From contig JBITNC010000002.1 in NCBI GenBank assembly GCA_050084985.1, positions 8,184,001 through 8,248,000 of the forward strand: 64,000 nucleotides of DNA, in the 5' to 3' direction. How positions within the stretch are numbered: position 1 is the stretch's first letter; each line of letters begins with the position of its first letter. Below are positions 1-12,600 of this stretch, piece by piece. The notes below the pieces were generated by a model. The model was not told the DNA's origin. It searched no databases and was given only the letters and a program-made list of their open reading frames with translations. Both the position numbers and the translations under genes were made by a program. The stretch is from Nageia nagi. Lineage: Eukaryota; Plantae; Pinophyta.

Positions 1-508
1 ATGACAGAAAATCAACCTCTGCATATGTGTTTAGCATTGGTTCAAGTGCTATCTCTTGGGCTTCCAAGAAGCAACCTACTGTGACTCTTTCTACCACCGA
101 AGCTGAATATCGAGCCATGTCTGTTGCCGCCCAAGAAGCTATTTGGCTAAGACATCTTCTGACCGAAATTGGGTATCAGCAAAATGGCCCATCTCTTATT
201 TCGTCAGATAATCAATCGGCTATCTCTTTGGCTAAGAATCCTGTGTTCCATCAGCGAACCAAACATGTAGAAATCCAAGCTCATTTTATCAGGGAGAAGG
301 TTCTAGATGACATCATACACTTGTAGTATTGTCCATCTACTGACAACTCCGCTGATTTGTTCACCAAGCCCCTTCCTGAAGCTCAGTTCTGCAAGCTTAG
401 GGATTCTCTAGGGTTGGTGAAGTTGCCCTCAAGGGGGAGTGAAGTTTAAACTTTTGTTAGTGATGACAACTTCACCTCTAAGAGGCCTTTTTTGATTGTA
501 CATTCTAG

Positions 509-791
509 ACCTCCGTGGTAAGTTTGCTCTGCGTGACAAACTTGTTGTACAATTGTTGTTATAGAGTGTTGATTATTTAATATACCTCAGTGGTAAGTTT
601 GCTCTGCGTGACAAACTTGTTGTACATTTTATACCTCCGTGGTGAGTTTGCTCTGCGTGAGAAACTTATTGTATAAATTTTGAGCATGTAATTTAATATA
701 CCTCCGTGGTAAGTTCGCTCTGCGTGACGAACTTGTTGTACATTCTATACCTCCGTGGTGAGTTTGCTCTGCGTGAGAAACTCGTTGTACA
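509..791 (+). repeat. Five copies of a ~43-bp hairpin-forming unit (ACCTCCGTGGTAAGTTTGCTCTGCGTGACAAACTTGTTGTACA) in the copia 3' region
   Basis: Copies start at 509, 584, 633, 700 and 749 (periods 75/49/67/49). Each has the internal inverted repeat AAGTTTG...CAAACTT. Confidence 0.95.
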
Positions 792-1280
792 ATTTTATGC
801 TCTATTTTTAAAATCAACACATGTCTATATACAACAGGTGACTATGAGTAATGGCTTGGCATCTCTGTGATGACTTATAGTGCACCATTGATCAGTTATT
901 TATAAGATGGCATTATTTGATTCTCTTATTTGAATATATGATGCATCTAACTGATTTTGTTCATGAGTTGCTTGTAGCATGCAGGATCTTCTTTAGAAAT
1001 GCAGGTTACTCACCTTGAGAAAGCAAGCTCATGGAGACTCACATGTCAGCTTAAAGTTGATCGACTACTATGTACAGTGAAACCAGTTGTGGTTAATGAT
1101 TGTATTGTAAACCATTTTTGTCAAATGGTAAATGTAGTGAGTCTCATACTAGTTCTCAAAAAGATTCTCAAAAATATGTAAAAGTTCTCATCTCCACTTG
1201 TATCTCTATGGAGGAGAACTCTCTCTTACTCTCTCTCTTCTCTCTTCTACGCTCTATCCCAATATTGCATTAAGGGGGAG

Positions 1281-1778
1281 TGTTAGAATTTGTAATGAAA
1301 TATTGTGAATATCTAGACTCCTTGTAAATTCAATTAATCACTTAAAGGTATGTAGATACCTTAAGTGATTAATAGAATTCTTTAATGTATAGACTTTGAC
1401 TTTACCAAAGGAGTTAGTTGGTAGGTTGAAGTTTGGTGGTACATTTAATGTAACCCTAACCTTACCCTTGGGTTAAAGGAAGGTTAGGGAGGTGCTCTCA
1501 ACCTATAAATAGAGGGCCTCTCCTCATGTAAACATATCTAAGTTTTGAGTAAGATTACTCTACTTGGTTGTGTAGGAGAGAGCTAGAGAATAGTTGTAAG
1601 AGAGACATAGATTTGAGAATAAGAGAGCTAGTTGTGGATGTACTCCCAAGGAGGGAGGAACCACATTATATTGGTGTCATATTGTGTGAATGATGTTCTT
1701 AGAATTATAGATGTGTTATCTTGAGTTTCCTAGTCTAAGGTCCTAGAGGATTTGATTAGATCTAGTTCAAATCCTTCA
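1281..1778 (+). repeat. Copia 3' LTR (498 bp)
   Basis: Starts TGTTAG right after the PPT and has a CCTATAAATA TATA box at ~1502. Ends ATCCTTCA exactly where similarity to the duplicate at 58217 begins. Homologous to LTRs at 9609, 32374 and 39846. Confidence 0.9.
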
Positions 1779-3619
1779 AGAAATATATTTCAATCACCAT
1801 GAATCTAGTAAGATATGATTATTAAGCTAAAATTTAGAGTGAGGATTATGATATGCTTAAGTTTTCCCTTAGTAGTAAGTTGAAAAACTTTATTTCAAAC
1901 ATTATATTCTTAGAAAGATAAGATTGTACTTTTGTTTCTTTGTTAAATGCATTCATAATATATTATGCTATTCAACATATGAACTAAGATAATTTGCTTT
2001 AATTTAAGATAAAGATTACTTATTTCTCCTATGATTACTACATTTATGATATCCTATGACATCCAACATATGTAGTGAGACCCTTTGCTGTTATTCCTAA
2101 GCACCATCTTCTACAAAGTTGCTTAAATTTTTTTTCATGAAGTTAATAAAATTAAATGCGGTCATGTTATGTTCATAATCGATTGATATTATTTGATGCT
2201 AAGCATACATTCTTGATTAAGTTCTAATATCCCTAATAAAATAATAACATTCTCACTATTATATAAAATGTTATCTACCTTTAATTTATACCTCACATTA
2301 CATTTTAATTACAACATTTTTTTTAGTATCTAAGCATACTTGTTAACACCTGAAATAAAAATACTTTTCTATTTTACATGTCTTAAAATAATATAATAAC
2401 ATATGTTCTTCATTTCTATGATATTTTGTTATTTTATGTTAGCATTCATGTTATCTTATCGCACATTTCCTTCTTTTGTAGTGCAAGGATTGTTGACACT
2501 TAGTTTGGAAACCTTTATCCTATATTAGTTAGCTTATTATCTAATTGGTAATAATTTCTATTTAAATATTATATCTTATTTTATTATCATATTAGCTAAT
2601 TTAAGAATATTACCATGTTATATTCTTTCTTTTATTGTGTAAGGACCTAACATCAGAGTTGGATTCTAGGCATGCATTATAGTGGTTCTCTTGCATATAA
2701 AATGAAAAAAATCACATGGGATGATCATAAGTTCTTATCTTGATAGGATTATGTGCACATTTGAGGTGTTCTTCAACATGACCTTTTGAGTTTGAGATCA
2801 TTTCTATTACATAAGCTCTAACTATTTATATTCCAATATTATAGGCTAGGTTAAGCTTATAACTTTCACATATACTATAGATATATGTTGCTAAGCTTGA
2901 TATGTAGGTACGATGGTGTTAAACCAAGAGACTTTGTTGGATCATCTAACAACATTTCATTAAGACTTCACACACAAGATTCTATTACTAAGAAAAGCTT
3001 ATTTTGACATATATAATTGATCATCCACATAAGATTATATGCATATTACCTCAAATTTATAAGGAAGGAATTTAGACTTTACCTAAGAATTTTAGAATAA
3101 TTTCAAAATTATATAAAAAGTGATTAAGAACTAAGAGTTCATAAGAGTTAGAATCCAACAATTTGGAATTAGAGATATGAGGTTTCAAAGGCTTCAAAAA
3201 GTTTCAAGAAAGGTCATTAGAGTAGAATCATGTTAATGTTGTACATAGTGAAAATAGTTATTTGGGTAGAATCAGATCTATTTTCCCACTAAATTCTCCA
3301 TCACCTCTCTTTCGTTTGATGTATTCTAATAAGATGATAAAATTTTATAGACTATGGAGGTAAGGTTTTAGTGTAATATATTTTATTTAAAAAGGTAAGT
3401 AAAGATTTTTTTCATCCTTATGTTTCTTTCAAATGGCATGGATGTCAAGGAAGATTAGGACATAACATGTTTTCCCCTACAAAACTAGAATACTTTCATA
3501 TTTCATTAATAGAAGTAGGATTAGGGTTTGGTAGTTATAAAAATGGGGGTGTTCAAAGAGGATGATCAAATATTATGATAGGTCAGAAGACATAACTAAT
3601 TACATCTCAATTGAGTGAT

Positions 3620-5560
3620 GAACTGACCATGCTAAATGAGAAGATGATAAACATCAATATTAGCTCTAAAAAAGAGTCAAAGTTAGTCAATATGGGTGTA
3701 TGATTCAATGAATAAGGAAGAAAAGACTATAAAGCTCTCTTATTAGAATTTGGAGATATATTTTCTTATTCATTTGAGGATATGTATTGGCTAGATCTTG
3801 AATTTATGATGCATAATTTGGTTGTTCATAAAGTTTCCAAGCTACTTGAATAGAAAAGAAGAAAGATGCATCCTATGATTTCTATTTTGTTAAAGAAGGT
3901 GATTAAGTAATACCTTAAGTTTTATTTAATTGAACCCATAGATTATTCTTCATTGTTATGAAATACTATCTATGAAGCCAAATTAAGAGGTAAGGTTTTA
4001 CACTGATATTAGAGACATAAATAAGGTATGTCTTACATAAAATTTTCCTCTCTCACACATTGATATGATTTTAGAGTCCACAATCATGCATGTAATTCTC
4101 TCTTTCATGGATGGTTTCTTAAGATATAATCAAATAAAAATTAATCTAAATTATCAATACAAGATCACATTCACAACATCATGAGGTACCTTTTCCTATG
4201 TTACGATGATATGTAGACTAAAAAATATAGGGGAAACCTACCAAAGTGCAATAGTTGCAATGTTTTATTATCTCATACATCATGCTTTGGAGATATATAT
4301 AGATGAAATCCTTTCAAAATCAAATAAAAAGAAAGATTATATCAAGGACATAAGGATAATATTTGAGAGGTTGAGGAAATACAAGTTTGAGTTGAATATT
4401 GATAAATATATCTTTGAATTTATGTTTAGAAAATTGTTAATATTTATTGTCCAAAGAAGAAAAATTTAAGTAGATTGGTAAGAAGAAAAATCTATATTAG
4501 AAATGCATATTTTAAGAAATCTAAAAGAGCTAAGAATATTATAAGATAAAGTGCAAGTATTAAGAAGATTTATTGGTCACTTGGCTAATAAAAAAGCTCT
4601 TAATAGTCATTTGCTCAAAAGGATATCAAATTTTTTGGCATCAAGAATGCCAAGAAATATTTTAAAACATCAAAATGGATCTTCTCAATCATACTATTTT
4701 AGCTCATATTGATCATTCTAAGCCTTTACATCTATATATCTTATCCATAATAAAGGCTTTAGAGGTAATGGTTTCTCATAAAGTTAAGGATAATAGAAAA
4801 AGGAAAATCTACTATATTTCCAAGATATTAGTAGATTACGAAATAAGGTATACTTCAATAAAGAAGTTATGTTATGACATAGTTTATGCAACATAAAAGT
4901 TAAGGAATTACATAATCATAAATACAATCTTTATCACTTCTTAAGTTGATCTTCTCAAGTATCTTTTGCTCAAGCCCTAATTACAAGTTAGAGATGCAAA
5001 ATTAATAATAGTTTTACAATATTTTGATATTATTTTCATGTATCAAAAACCAATTAAGGATCAAATAGTAATAAGTTTCTTAGCTAAAGCTCCTTGCTAA
5101 GATTACACTCCATGCCATGAAGAATTCTATTAGATAGTTTACTTTGCTAACAAAGATGATGATGAGTGGACTCTTTATTTCTATGATTCCAAGTCTATTA
5201 AAGAAGTCAGGGAAGTATTATGGTAGTTTCTCCTTAAGGTGGAATCATTATATGATATATTTAAACTTAGTTTTGATTGTACAAATAATAAGGCTCAATA
5301 TGGGACATTGATTTTAGACATGAAGGTTGTTGTATTAGTAAAATTTAAAAAATTTAAGCATCTATGATTATTCTTAATTAATCATAAATAAAATGAATGA
5401 GATTTACAATACTCAAGATGAAAAGCTAGTGCTTTAGAAAGAGTTAATCAAGGAGTTGATCATGAAATACTTTAATAAGATAAAGATCAAGAATTTCCTA
5501 AGGAATAATAACATGTTTACTAATGTCGTGGCTAATGCAACCTCATTGAGAACTATCCCT
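3620..5560 (+). mobile_element. Degenerate Ty3/gypsy pol fragment, Tat/Ogre-like (RT, RNase H, additional RNase H)
   Basis: FPLSHIDMILES...LSFMDGFLRYNQIKI...ITFTTS*GTFSY...YIDEIL (RT); IYYISKILVDYEIRYTSIKKLC (RH); WTLYFYDS...FDCTNNKAQY (second RNase H typical of the Tat clade). Many stops. Confidence 0.85.
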
Positions 5561-6639
5561 ACAAAGAAAACTAATAGCTTTGGTGGTTTTCTCTTTTGAG
5601 CCTTCCTAACCTTGGTTGGATTATTTTCAACTCTTAATGGGGTGTGACCCATTCACCTACATTGTTTTGTATGATTATATTGTATTTTTATCTTTATATA
5701 ACATATAGCTTTTTCATCCAAAAAAATATTATACATTTTTTTATAGATTTTAAAATATAATTATTTCATTTTAACAACTAATTTAATTAATTAATTTAAT
5801 ATTCTAATATAAATATTGTTCAATCGAAAATATATAATTCATTTTTAATTAGTTATAAATTTTCGTAGAAAGAAATATTAACAATTGATATTTATATTAT
5901 AAGAAATATTAGTTTATTTTAATTCATTTAATTGCTTCACTTATTTATTTCAATTTGCTATGCTTTTCGATAATTTGCATTTTTCAAAATAAGTTTTGAA
6001 TTTCTATAACTTTCGTAACCAAAGATCTTATATATAAATCAAACTTATAATACTTACTCATCAACTCTAATATTAAAATGATATAAAAAAATAGCTTCAA
6101 TCTAATAGCATGTTGAAAAAATATAAATTCAAAATCTCTAACGAAGAAGGAATCCAAGAAATTGAAAATTTCATATCCTCACTATAATTAAACAATTTAA
6201 TATAAATATCCACTTATTTATAAATTTTAAAATATAATTTTTAATTTTAACAGCTATTTTAGTTAATCAATTTTAATATAAATATTATTAAATTGATAAT
6301 ATATACATCATTTTTTAATTATTTATTATTTTTTTGAAAATATTAATAGTTTATATTTATATTATATACTTATTATGAGTAATTTTAATTTATAATAATA
6401 GAGTTGGTGAGGTTGGACTACGTCTTTATTATAACTCTCTTGATAAGACCGTCACACCGTGGCTTTCCGGCTGTACTTGAATTCGACAAACCTACTTCTT
6501 GTTATTTCTATTATTAAATAAAATCATTGTATTTAAAATGTGTGTTACCTCTGGCCAAGGGAGGCTCTTCCAAGCTGTCAAAGAGAGGGAATTCGTAGCC
6601 CAGAGAAGGTGCTCAGGAAATTACATTTATTCTTTTAGC

Positions 6640-6835
6640 CATTAGTCAAGTTAGTCATTTGAATTTGTGTGTATTGACTACGAAAAAACAATCATTTTAT
6701 TGTAAGGAGCGTGCGAGTCAAGTTAGTCATTTGAATTTGTGCGTTTGTTTCTGGTCAATTGACACCGAAAAAACAATCATTTTATTCCAAGAAGAGTGCA
6801 AGTCATGTTAGTCGCTTTGAATTTGTGTGTATTTG
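6640..6835. promoter_or_regulatory. 2.5-copy tandem repeat rich in W-box-like motifs (TTGAC/GTCAA)
   Basis: AGTCAAGTTAGTCATTTGAATTTGTG occurs three times (third copy degenerate), plus TTGACT and GGTCAATTGAC. CpGs are retained. Duplicated at ~63083-63278. Confidence 0.45.
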
Positions 6836-7304
6836 ATGCGAGATTAATGCAACCTCATCTTTTTAAAATTCTCTCTTTATTAAAGCATACTCCCAGGCAG
6901 AGGCATGCTCCCCTCTCTCTTTTTTTTTTTTAATTCCATGCCTGCTTTATTGGTCATGTTGAGTTCTGATTCTTCCCAACTGTCTCATTCCATAGTGGAA
7001 AAGAGGTGTTAGGCTTGCAGTGAAAGCTTCCTCTTCTTCATAAGCTTTCAAAATTTGAAGCTCATTCTCCTTAAATTCTTCTCCATACTTCATCTATTAC
7101 AGAGAGGATCAAAGGAGCCCACTAAAACTTGTAAGTTCAAATGTTTTCCCAAGAACAGGGCTTGGTTTTAGGAATTGACTATGAAAAATTTAGTTAAGTA
7201 TTTAATATTATATCCCATTTGAATGGTAGGGATGAGATTCTTTTACGATAGAATGAATCAATGTATCAAATTATTGATTACTTATAGGTTAGGACTTGCA
7301 GTAA

Positions 7305-8162
7305 TATAAATCAAAGTTATAATACTTACTCATCAACTCTAATATCAAAAATGATGAAAAAAAATAACTTTCATCAAATGGCATGTTGAAGAAATATGAA
7401 TTCAAAATCTCTACTGAATAAGGAATTCAAGCTATTGAAAATTTCATTTCTTCACCACATTTTAACAATTTCATATAAATATAAACTTATTTATAGAGTT
7501 TAAAATATAATTTTTTAACAACTATTTTAATTAATCAATTTTAATACTTTAATATAAGTATTGTTAAATTGATAATATATACATCATTTTTTCATTATTT
7601 ATCAATTTTCTTGAAAATAAATATTAATAATCCATATTTATATTATATACTTATATTATGAGAAATTTTAATTTATAATAATTGATTTTTTTTTTCATTT
7701 GTCTAAACTATAATATTTAAAGATTTTTTTTTTTTAAATGAATTACCATATAGGAGAATTGGAGAGGTGGCTAGTTCAAAGCTCTAGAATATGGAAGACC
7801 CAGATCCAAAGCTCTAGAATACGGAAGACCCAAATCCAAAGCTCTCGACCCCTAAAAATTAAAACATACCTAGAATCCTATCGAATTGAAAAATATTGAA
7901 AGGAGGATATCATCCCTACCAATTCACCATGTGAACATAATTTCTATAGTTTAAACCATGTTTGAAGTTGAAAACTTCTTAATAGAAAAAATAAAAATAA
8001 AAAACATTACACGTCATAATACACTTGTGAGGTTGGACTACGTTTTTATAACTCTCTTGTTATTTCTATTATTAAATAAAATCATTGTATTTAAAATGTG
8101 TGTTACCTCTGCCCAAGGGAGGCTCTTCCAAGTTGTCAAAGAGGGAATTCGTAGCCCAGAGA
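7305..8162 (+). repeat. Local duplicate of ~6030-6606, interrupted by a ~335-bp insertion (~7682-8015) holding a 30-bp tandem repeat
   Basis: ATATAAATCAAA.TTATAATACTTACTCATCAACTC and GTGAGGTTGGACTACGT...GGGAATTCGTAGCCCAGAGA occur in both. TCCAAAGCTCTAGAATAYGGAAGACCCA repeats ~2.4 times at 7776-7846. Confidence 0.85.
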
Positions 8163-9004
8163 TAATGATATTTTAATATTTATATTCCTCATTTGATTCA
8201 AATTGACTTCTCTATTCTATATTATGTTGATTGATTTTATTTTATTTGAACGTTAATTTTATTATATATATTTTTTTATTATTATTTATCGTCCTTTATA
8301 ATAAGATGGATCCTCCTTTCATTAAGGTTTTCCAGTTAGAATTTTTCTTATACGAAGTTTTTATATATAAATATTTTATCTAATTTAATTTCAAATAAAA
8401 GAAAATTAATTTTAATATTTTTTTTTTCAATTTTAATGGTATTTCTATATTTCTATAAATTAAGGAGAATGGTGTACTTTTTGTAGTTATCCTAATTTAG
8501 ATTTTATAAGCTTACAAAGTTAGATATATTTTCTTATATTAAGTATTTTCATTCTTGTTCATTATTTTGTTAAGTATATTGATGATAGTATTTAATGCTA
8601 CTACTTGATTATTTCCCTTATGAATACTAAGGAGTGGATAATCTTCTTTAAGTGTTATATAAGGATTTCATGATTTTATGTGTACACACTATAAATGTAC
8701 ACCTCACTACCATCATGAAATCTTAGCATGATAGTTAATAGAATCAAACATTAACCATTAACATTAAACATCACACTAGAAAGACATCATAATAAATAGC
8801 ATCAACAACACCAACATCAAATGTCATATGAGCATCAAATACTAACACAAAATTTCATGTACATAAAAATCTCAAAAATCAATATCAAATATCATAATAT
8901 TCATCATGACTTTGATTATTCACTTGCACACTCTAGCATATCTATGCAATTCACCTTGACCACCTTCCCAAGAAAAATCTATTCATAATTACTCCTCTTA
9001 TTTC

Positions 9005-9510
9005 TATATGGGTTTTTTGAAAAATGCCCTAAGACATGTATACAAAATATGGAAGAATAAAAGATCGATAATTATTTAACAAGGTGCATGATGTAAACAT
9101 AGTTTCATGGTTATTAATGATTGCAGGAGATACAAAAAGGATTCTTTTAAAAATGCCCTAAGATATGTATATGAAATGTGGAAGAATACACAAGGTCCAA
9201 GAATTGTTTGACAAGATGCATAATGCAAACATAGTTTTATAGTCTGCAATGGTTATAGGATACATATAAAATGGATTTTTAGATAAATACCCTAAGATAT
9301 GTATGTAAAATATGAAAGAATACATAAGGCAATGAATTGTTTGAGAAGATGCATAATGAAAACATAGTTTCATGATCTGCAATGATTACATGATACACAT
9401 AAAATGGATTTTCTAAAAAATTCCCTAATACATGTATGCAAAATGTGGAAGAATACACAAGGCTTAGGGATTGTTTGATAAGATGCATGATGTAAACATA
9501 GTTTCATGTA
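9005..9510 (+). pseudogene. Degenerate PLS-class PPR fragment amplified as a ~133-bp tandem repeat (about 4 units)
   Basis: Units start CCCTAA at 9027, 9156, 9290 and 9423. The consensus translates as MY(A)KCGRIHKA.ELFDKMH.ANIVSW.AMI.GY..NGF. Confidence 0.8.
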
Positions 9511-9608
9511 AAATGAAAAATATGGAATAATATAAGTCATGAACATGTAATGAAAAATACATAAGAACACCTTCTTACATTGACTTGTAAGTAAAATGCC
9601 TTATTTAT

Positions 9609-12600
9609 TGTTGAAATGTATAATGCATTATTGTAAATGTTTTGTAATAATATTTTATGTAAGTTTACTAATACTTAAGGGTATCATTTGATACCTTAAG
9701 TATTTAAGTGAATATGATAATGTAACTTATCCTACACTCCATGTCATGAGCATGCCCCTTGGGTAAAAGGGAGTTGCATGTCATGCCTTTGTACATTGGG
9801 TAAAAGAATGATCCAAAGAGAGATTTTGGCCTATAAATAGAAGGCTTCCTCTTTGTGATCACACACCAATTTATGGAGTAAAGTTATGCTATAGGATAGT
9901 GTTTAGAAGAAAAGTTTAGAAGGATTGTAAGAGTTCATATTGGTGAATGAAGTGAGATCTATTTAGTGGATGTACTCTTAATTGGAGGAACCACTTACAT
10001 CTTGTGTTATGTTGTGAGATTGCTTTATTAGTTATTTAGATGTGTTTGTGAGCTTTCAAGAGATCTTGGTTATTTAAGAATTATATTGTTAGTATTAGTT
10101 CTTTCAAATTGGTATCAAAGCTTGGTGTGGAAGCTCTTCTTCTTGTTATGGAAGCTTTTCTTCTTGTTGTGAAAGCTTTTCATCTTGGTGATCTTCATTT
10201 CACACTCTACATCTTATTGCTTCATTTCATTATTGAGGTAAAATTCAAGAAAAGGTATAACCTCCTACATACAATCTCCTTTATTTTTTTATCTTTTGAA
10301 ATATTTCACTAATGTTACTAACATATTTTGTATTATGTTAGTCCTTTCTTAGATATGTGGCAAAATGTATTTAAAGGAGCAATATATTATGAAGCAATTT
10401 TGTTTACTTATACTAATGCTTTCTATTGTTAGTTACAAGTTTAAAATTGCTTATTATATTGCTCTAATTTTACATATATTTGGTTTGTATATTTTTTTAT
10501 CAAAGGGTTTGAATGCAAATTTATATATATATATATATATATATATACTTTTTTTTTATGAAATAATTTCTTAGGAAAAGATATTGTATTTTATATTTTT
10601 ATCTCTACACTATATTTGTGAAGAAAAATATAGTTTTTAAAATGTATATATATATATATACACACACATACCTACTTTTTACATATTTGAAACATTAAAG
10701 GATAGCTGATATATAAAAACATTATATAATGGCTATTTCAAATAAAAAATAGGCGATCCCATGGGTGGCAACCATGAATGCATTTCAAGATTCATTTTTA
10801 GCTTAGTTGGAGGTTTGAATCCCACAAGTACTAAGGTTAAAACCCTCATGGGAATTTTAATAAAAAGGGGGGCTCTCGTGGCCCTCGTAGCTCCTTGGCA
10901 TGATTGCAAACCTTTACATCACTTCACCCTTTCTTCACTTTTTATTGAGGTGTATGCATATGAGTTTTTTTTACCTCCCCATCTTGTAGTGCTTAGGAAA
11001 GTGGGATTAGATATATTGGTACCCACTATGGGGCTCAAACCCATGATGCATGGATCCTCTAGCCACCTCAAAACCTACCACTTGACCTCTCTCTTCTACT
11101 TGGAACCTGCCACTTCTATGCTCTTGCACACTCAATCACCCCTCTTGCAACCCTCTTATCTCCTCCACCTAGTTGAGGCCTCTTCCTCCTTTATCGATGC
11201 CTCCTGTCTCTTCCTCCTTTGCTACCAGACTTGCAGCTTTCTCTCAGGCCACTCCTTTTCTCTTCAACTTACACAACTAGGATCTTCTCACCCCTCTTCT
11301 TTCTAGCGTGGACTCCTTTGAATAGTTGGTGCATTTATTTTTTTGTTGCTTGTAAATCATTTTTTTTTTAAATACACATAGAAGCTTTAAATATTTGCAA
11401 AATGTATACTCAAAGTTTAAAGCTTTCCTTTTTTATGACTATGATCATGTCTATCATCAATTACCATGGGAAGTGTAAAATGAATTTTTTATTATTCAAA
11501 GTAATTTTTTTCAAATACTTAAACATTTAGGCATTATGTTTAAGGTTTAATATTTCAAATCTAAGTGTTTATTTTTAAAGAGTTATTATTCATAAATTAG
11601 CTACTTAAATTTCCTTAGTACTTATAAAAGTGTAACTTAGCTAAATTAACATTTCTTTACTAATGCTATTTTTTAAGGGATCATAATTTTAAGTAAAAAG
11701 GAGGAGGAAATACTTACTAGTTTCTTTACTTAAAAATTTTAGAGCTTTTTATGCTTAGAATACATGTTTGTCATCTAGAAACCTTGATGTCTCTCATGCA
11801 TGCTAAGTATTTATCATTTTGCAAAGTTTATAAATGAACATATGCAAATTAATAGAATGATGCATGCTCCTTACTTAATCTTTTAAGTTAAATAATGCAT
11901 AATTTATTCTTAATTTTTTTTTTAAATACATGCTACTTAATTCTTTTAGTTATGGAATGAGACATACTTATTACTTAAATTTGCCAAGTTATGATTTTTT
12001 ACTTTTTTATGCAAAGTTAATGGACTTGTGCAAATAAGGAATGATGTAAAGATATCCTTTAGAGGTTTGTAAATAAAACCCATTAAACTCTTAAGGTTCC
12101 AAGTTGCAAATAGATGATGTTTTTACTTATGCTCTTTTATTTCATGTTTTGTATTTTGATTTATTTACTTATGCAAACATGTAAACATTAAAATGAGAAA
12201 CCCTCTAAAATGAATATATCTGAATGTACATTTCATAACATGATTTTTTTCGAGAGCCATGAGATGAGGACAAGTGTACTAGAGCATTTAAGTTCGATGA
12301 TCCAAATAATGAAAAGTTCATACTTTTTAATTGCCCCTAAGTCCTCTGTTGATTTGAATATAACTCCAATAGGTGGATAGATATGTGTGTATTGATACTG
12401 CATGTTTACATGTTTATTCAAAGACTATCTTGATAACCTAGGAGGATAACTTGAAACCTAATCAAGATTAATAATTTGATCGATCCAATAAATATCATAA
12501 TCTTGAAAAATAGTAGGTACTTCTCCTTATAAGAAAGTATAATACTGATCAAGGTGAATTGGTAGCACTTGGGTTCTTTTTGTGCAGGCATTCGAGTGAA

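Larger units (their letters stand above)
1..1778 (+). mobile_element. Ty1/copia LTR retrotransposon, 3' part (RNase H end, 3' non-coding region, PPT, 3' LTR); relatively young
   Basis: Frame 3-449 reads [36 protein letters not shown]...[14 protein letters not shown]...ADLFTKPL (copia RNase H), with one in-frame TAG at 324-326. PPT AAGGGGGAG at 1272-1280, then a TG...CA LTR at 1281-1778. Confidence 0.95.
1779..7557 (+). repeat. Segmental duplication, copy 1 (copy 2 = 58217-64000, running off the window end)
   Basis: Near-identical text with an offset of 56438-56443. The same ORFs recur (4206/60645, 4675/61114, 5434/61873). Confidence 0.97.

Noticed and set aside
324-332. Programmed stop read-through in copia RNase H
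   Set aside because: The context TAG-TAT-TGT is not a CAR-YYA read-through signal and the older copy has GAG, so this is a simple point mutation.
509-791. CRISPR-like appearance (palindromic repeats with spacers)
   Set aside because: Eukaryotic retrotransposon context, no cas genes, and spacers of very unequal length that resemble each other.
6945-7095. Short minus-strand ORF MKYGEEFKENELQILKAYEEEE...
   Set aside because: Under 50 aa with no recognisable domain. It cannot be supported without a database search.
10761-11306. 181-aa ORF in the copia leader
   Set aside because: Low-complexity CT-rich sequence with no domain motif, probably open by chance.
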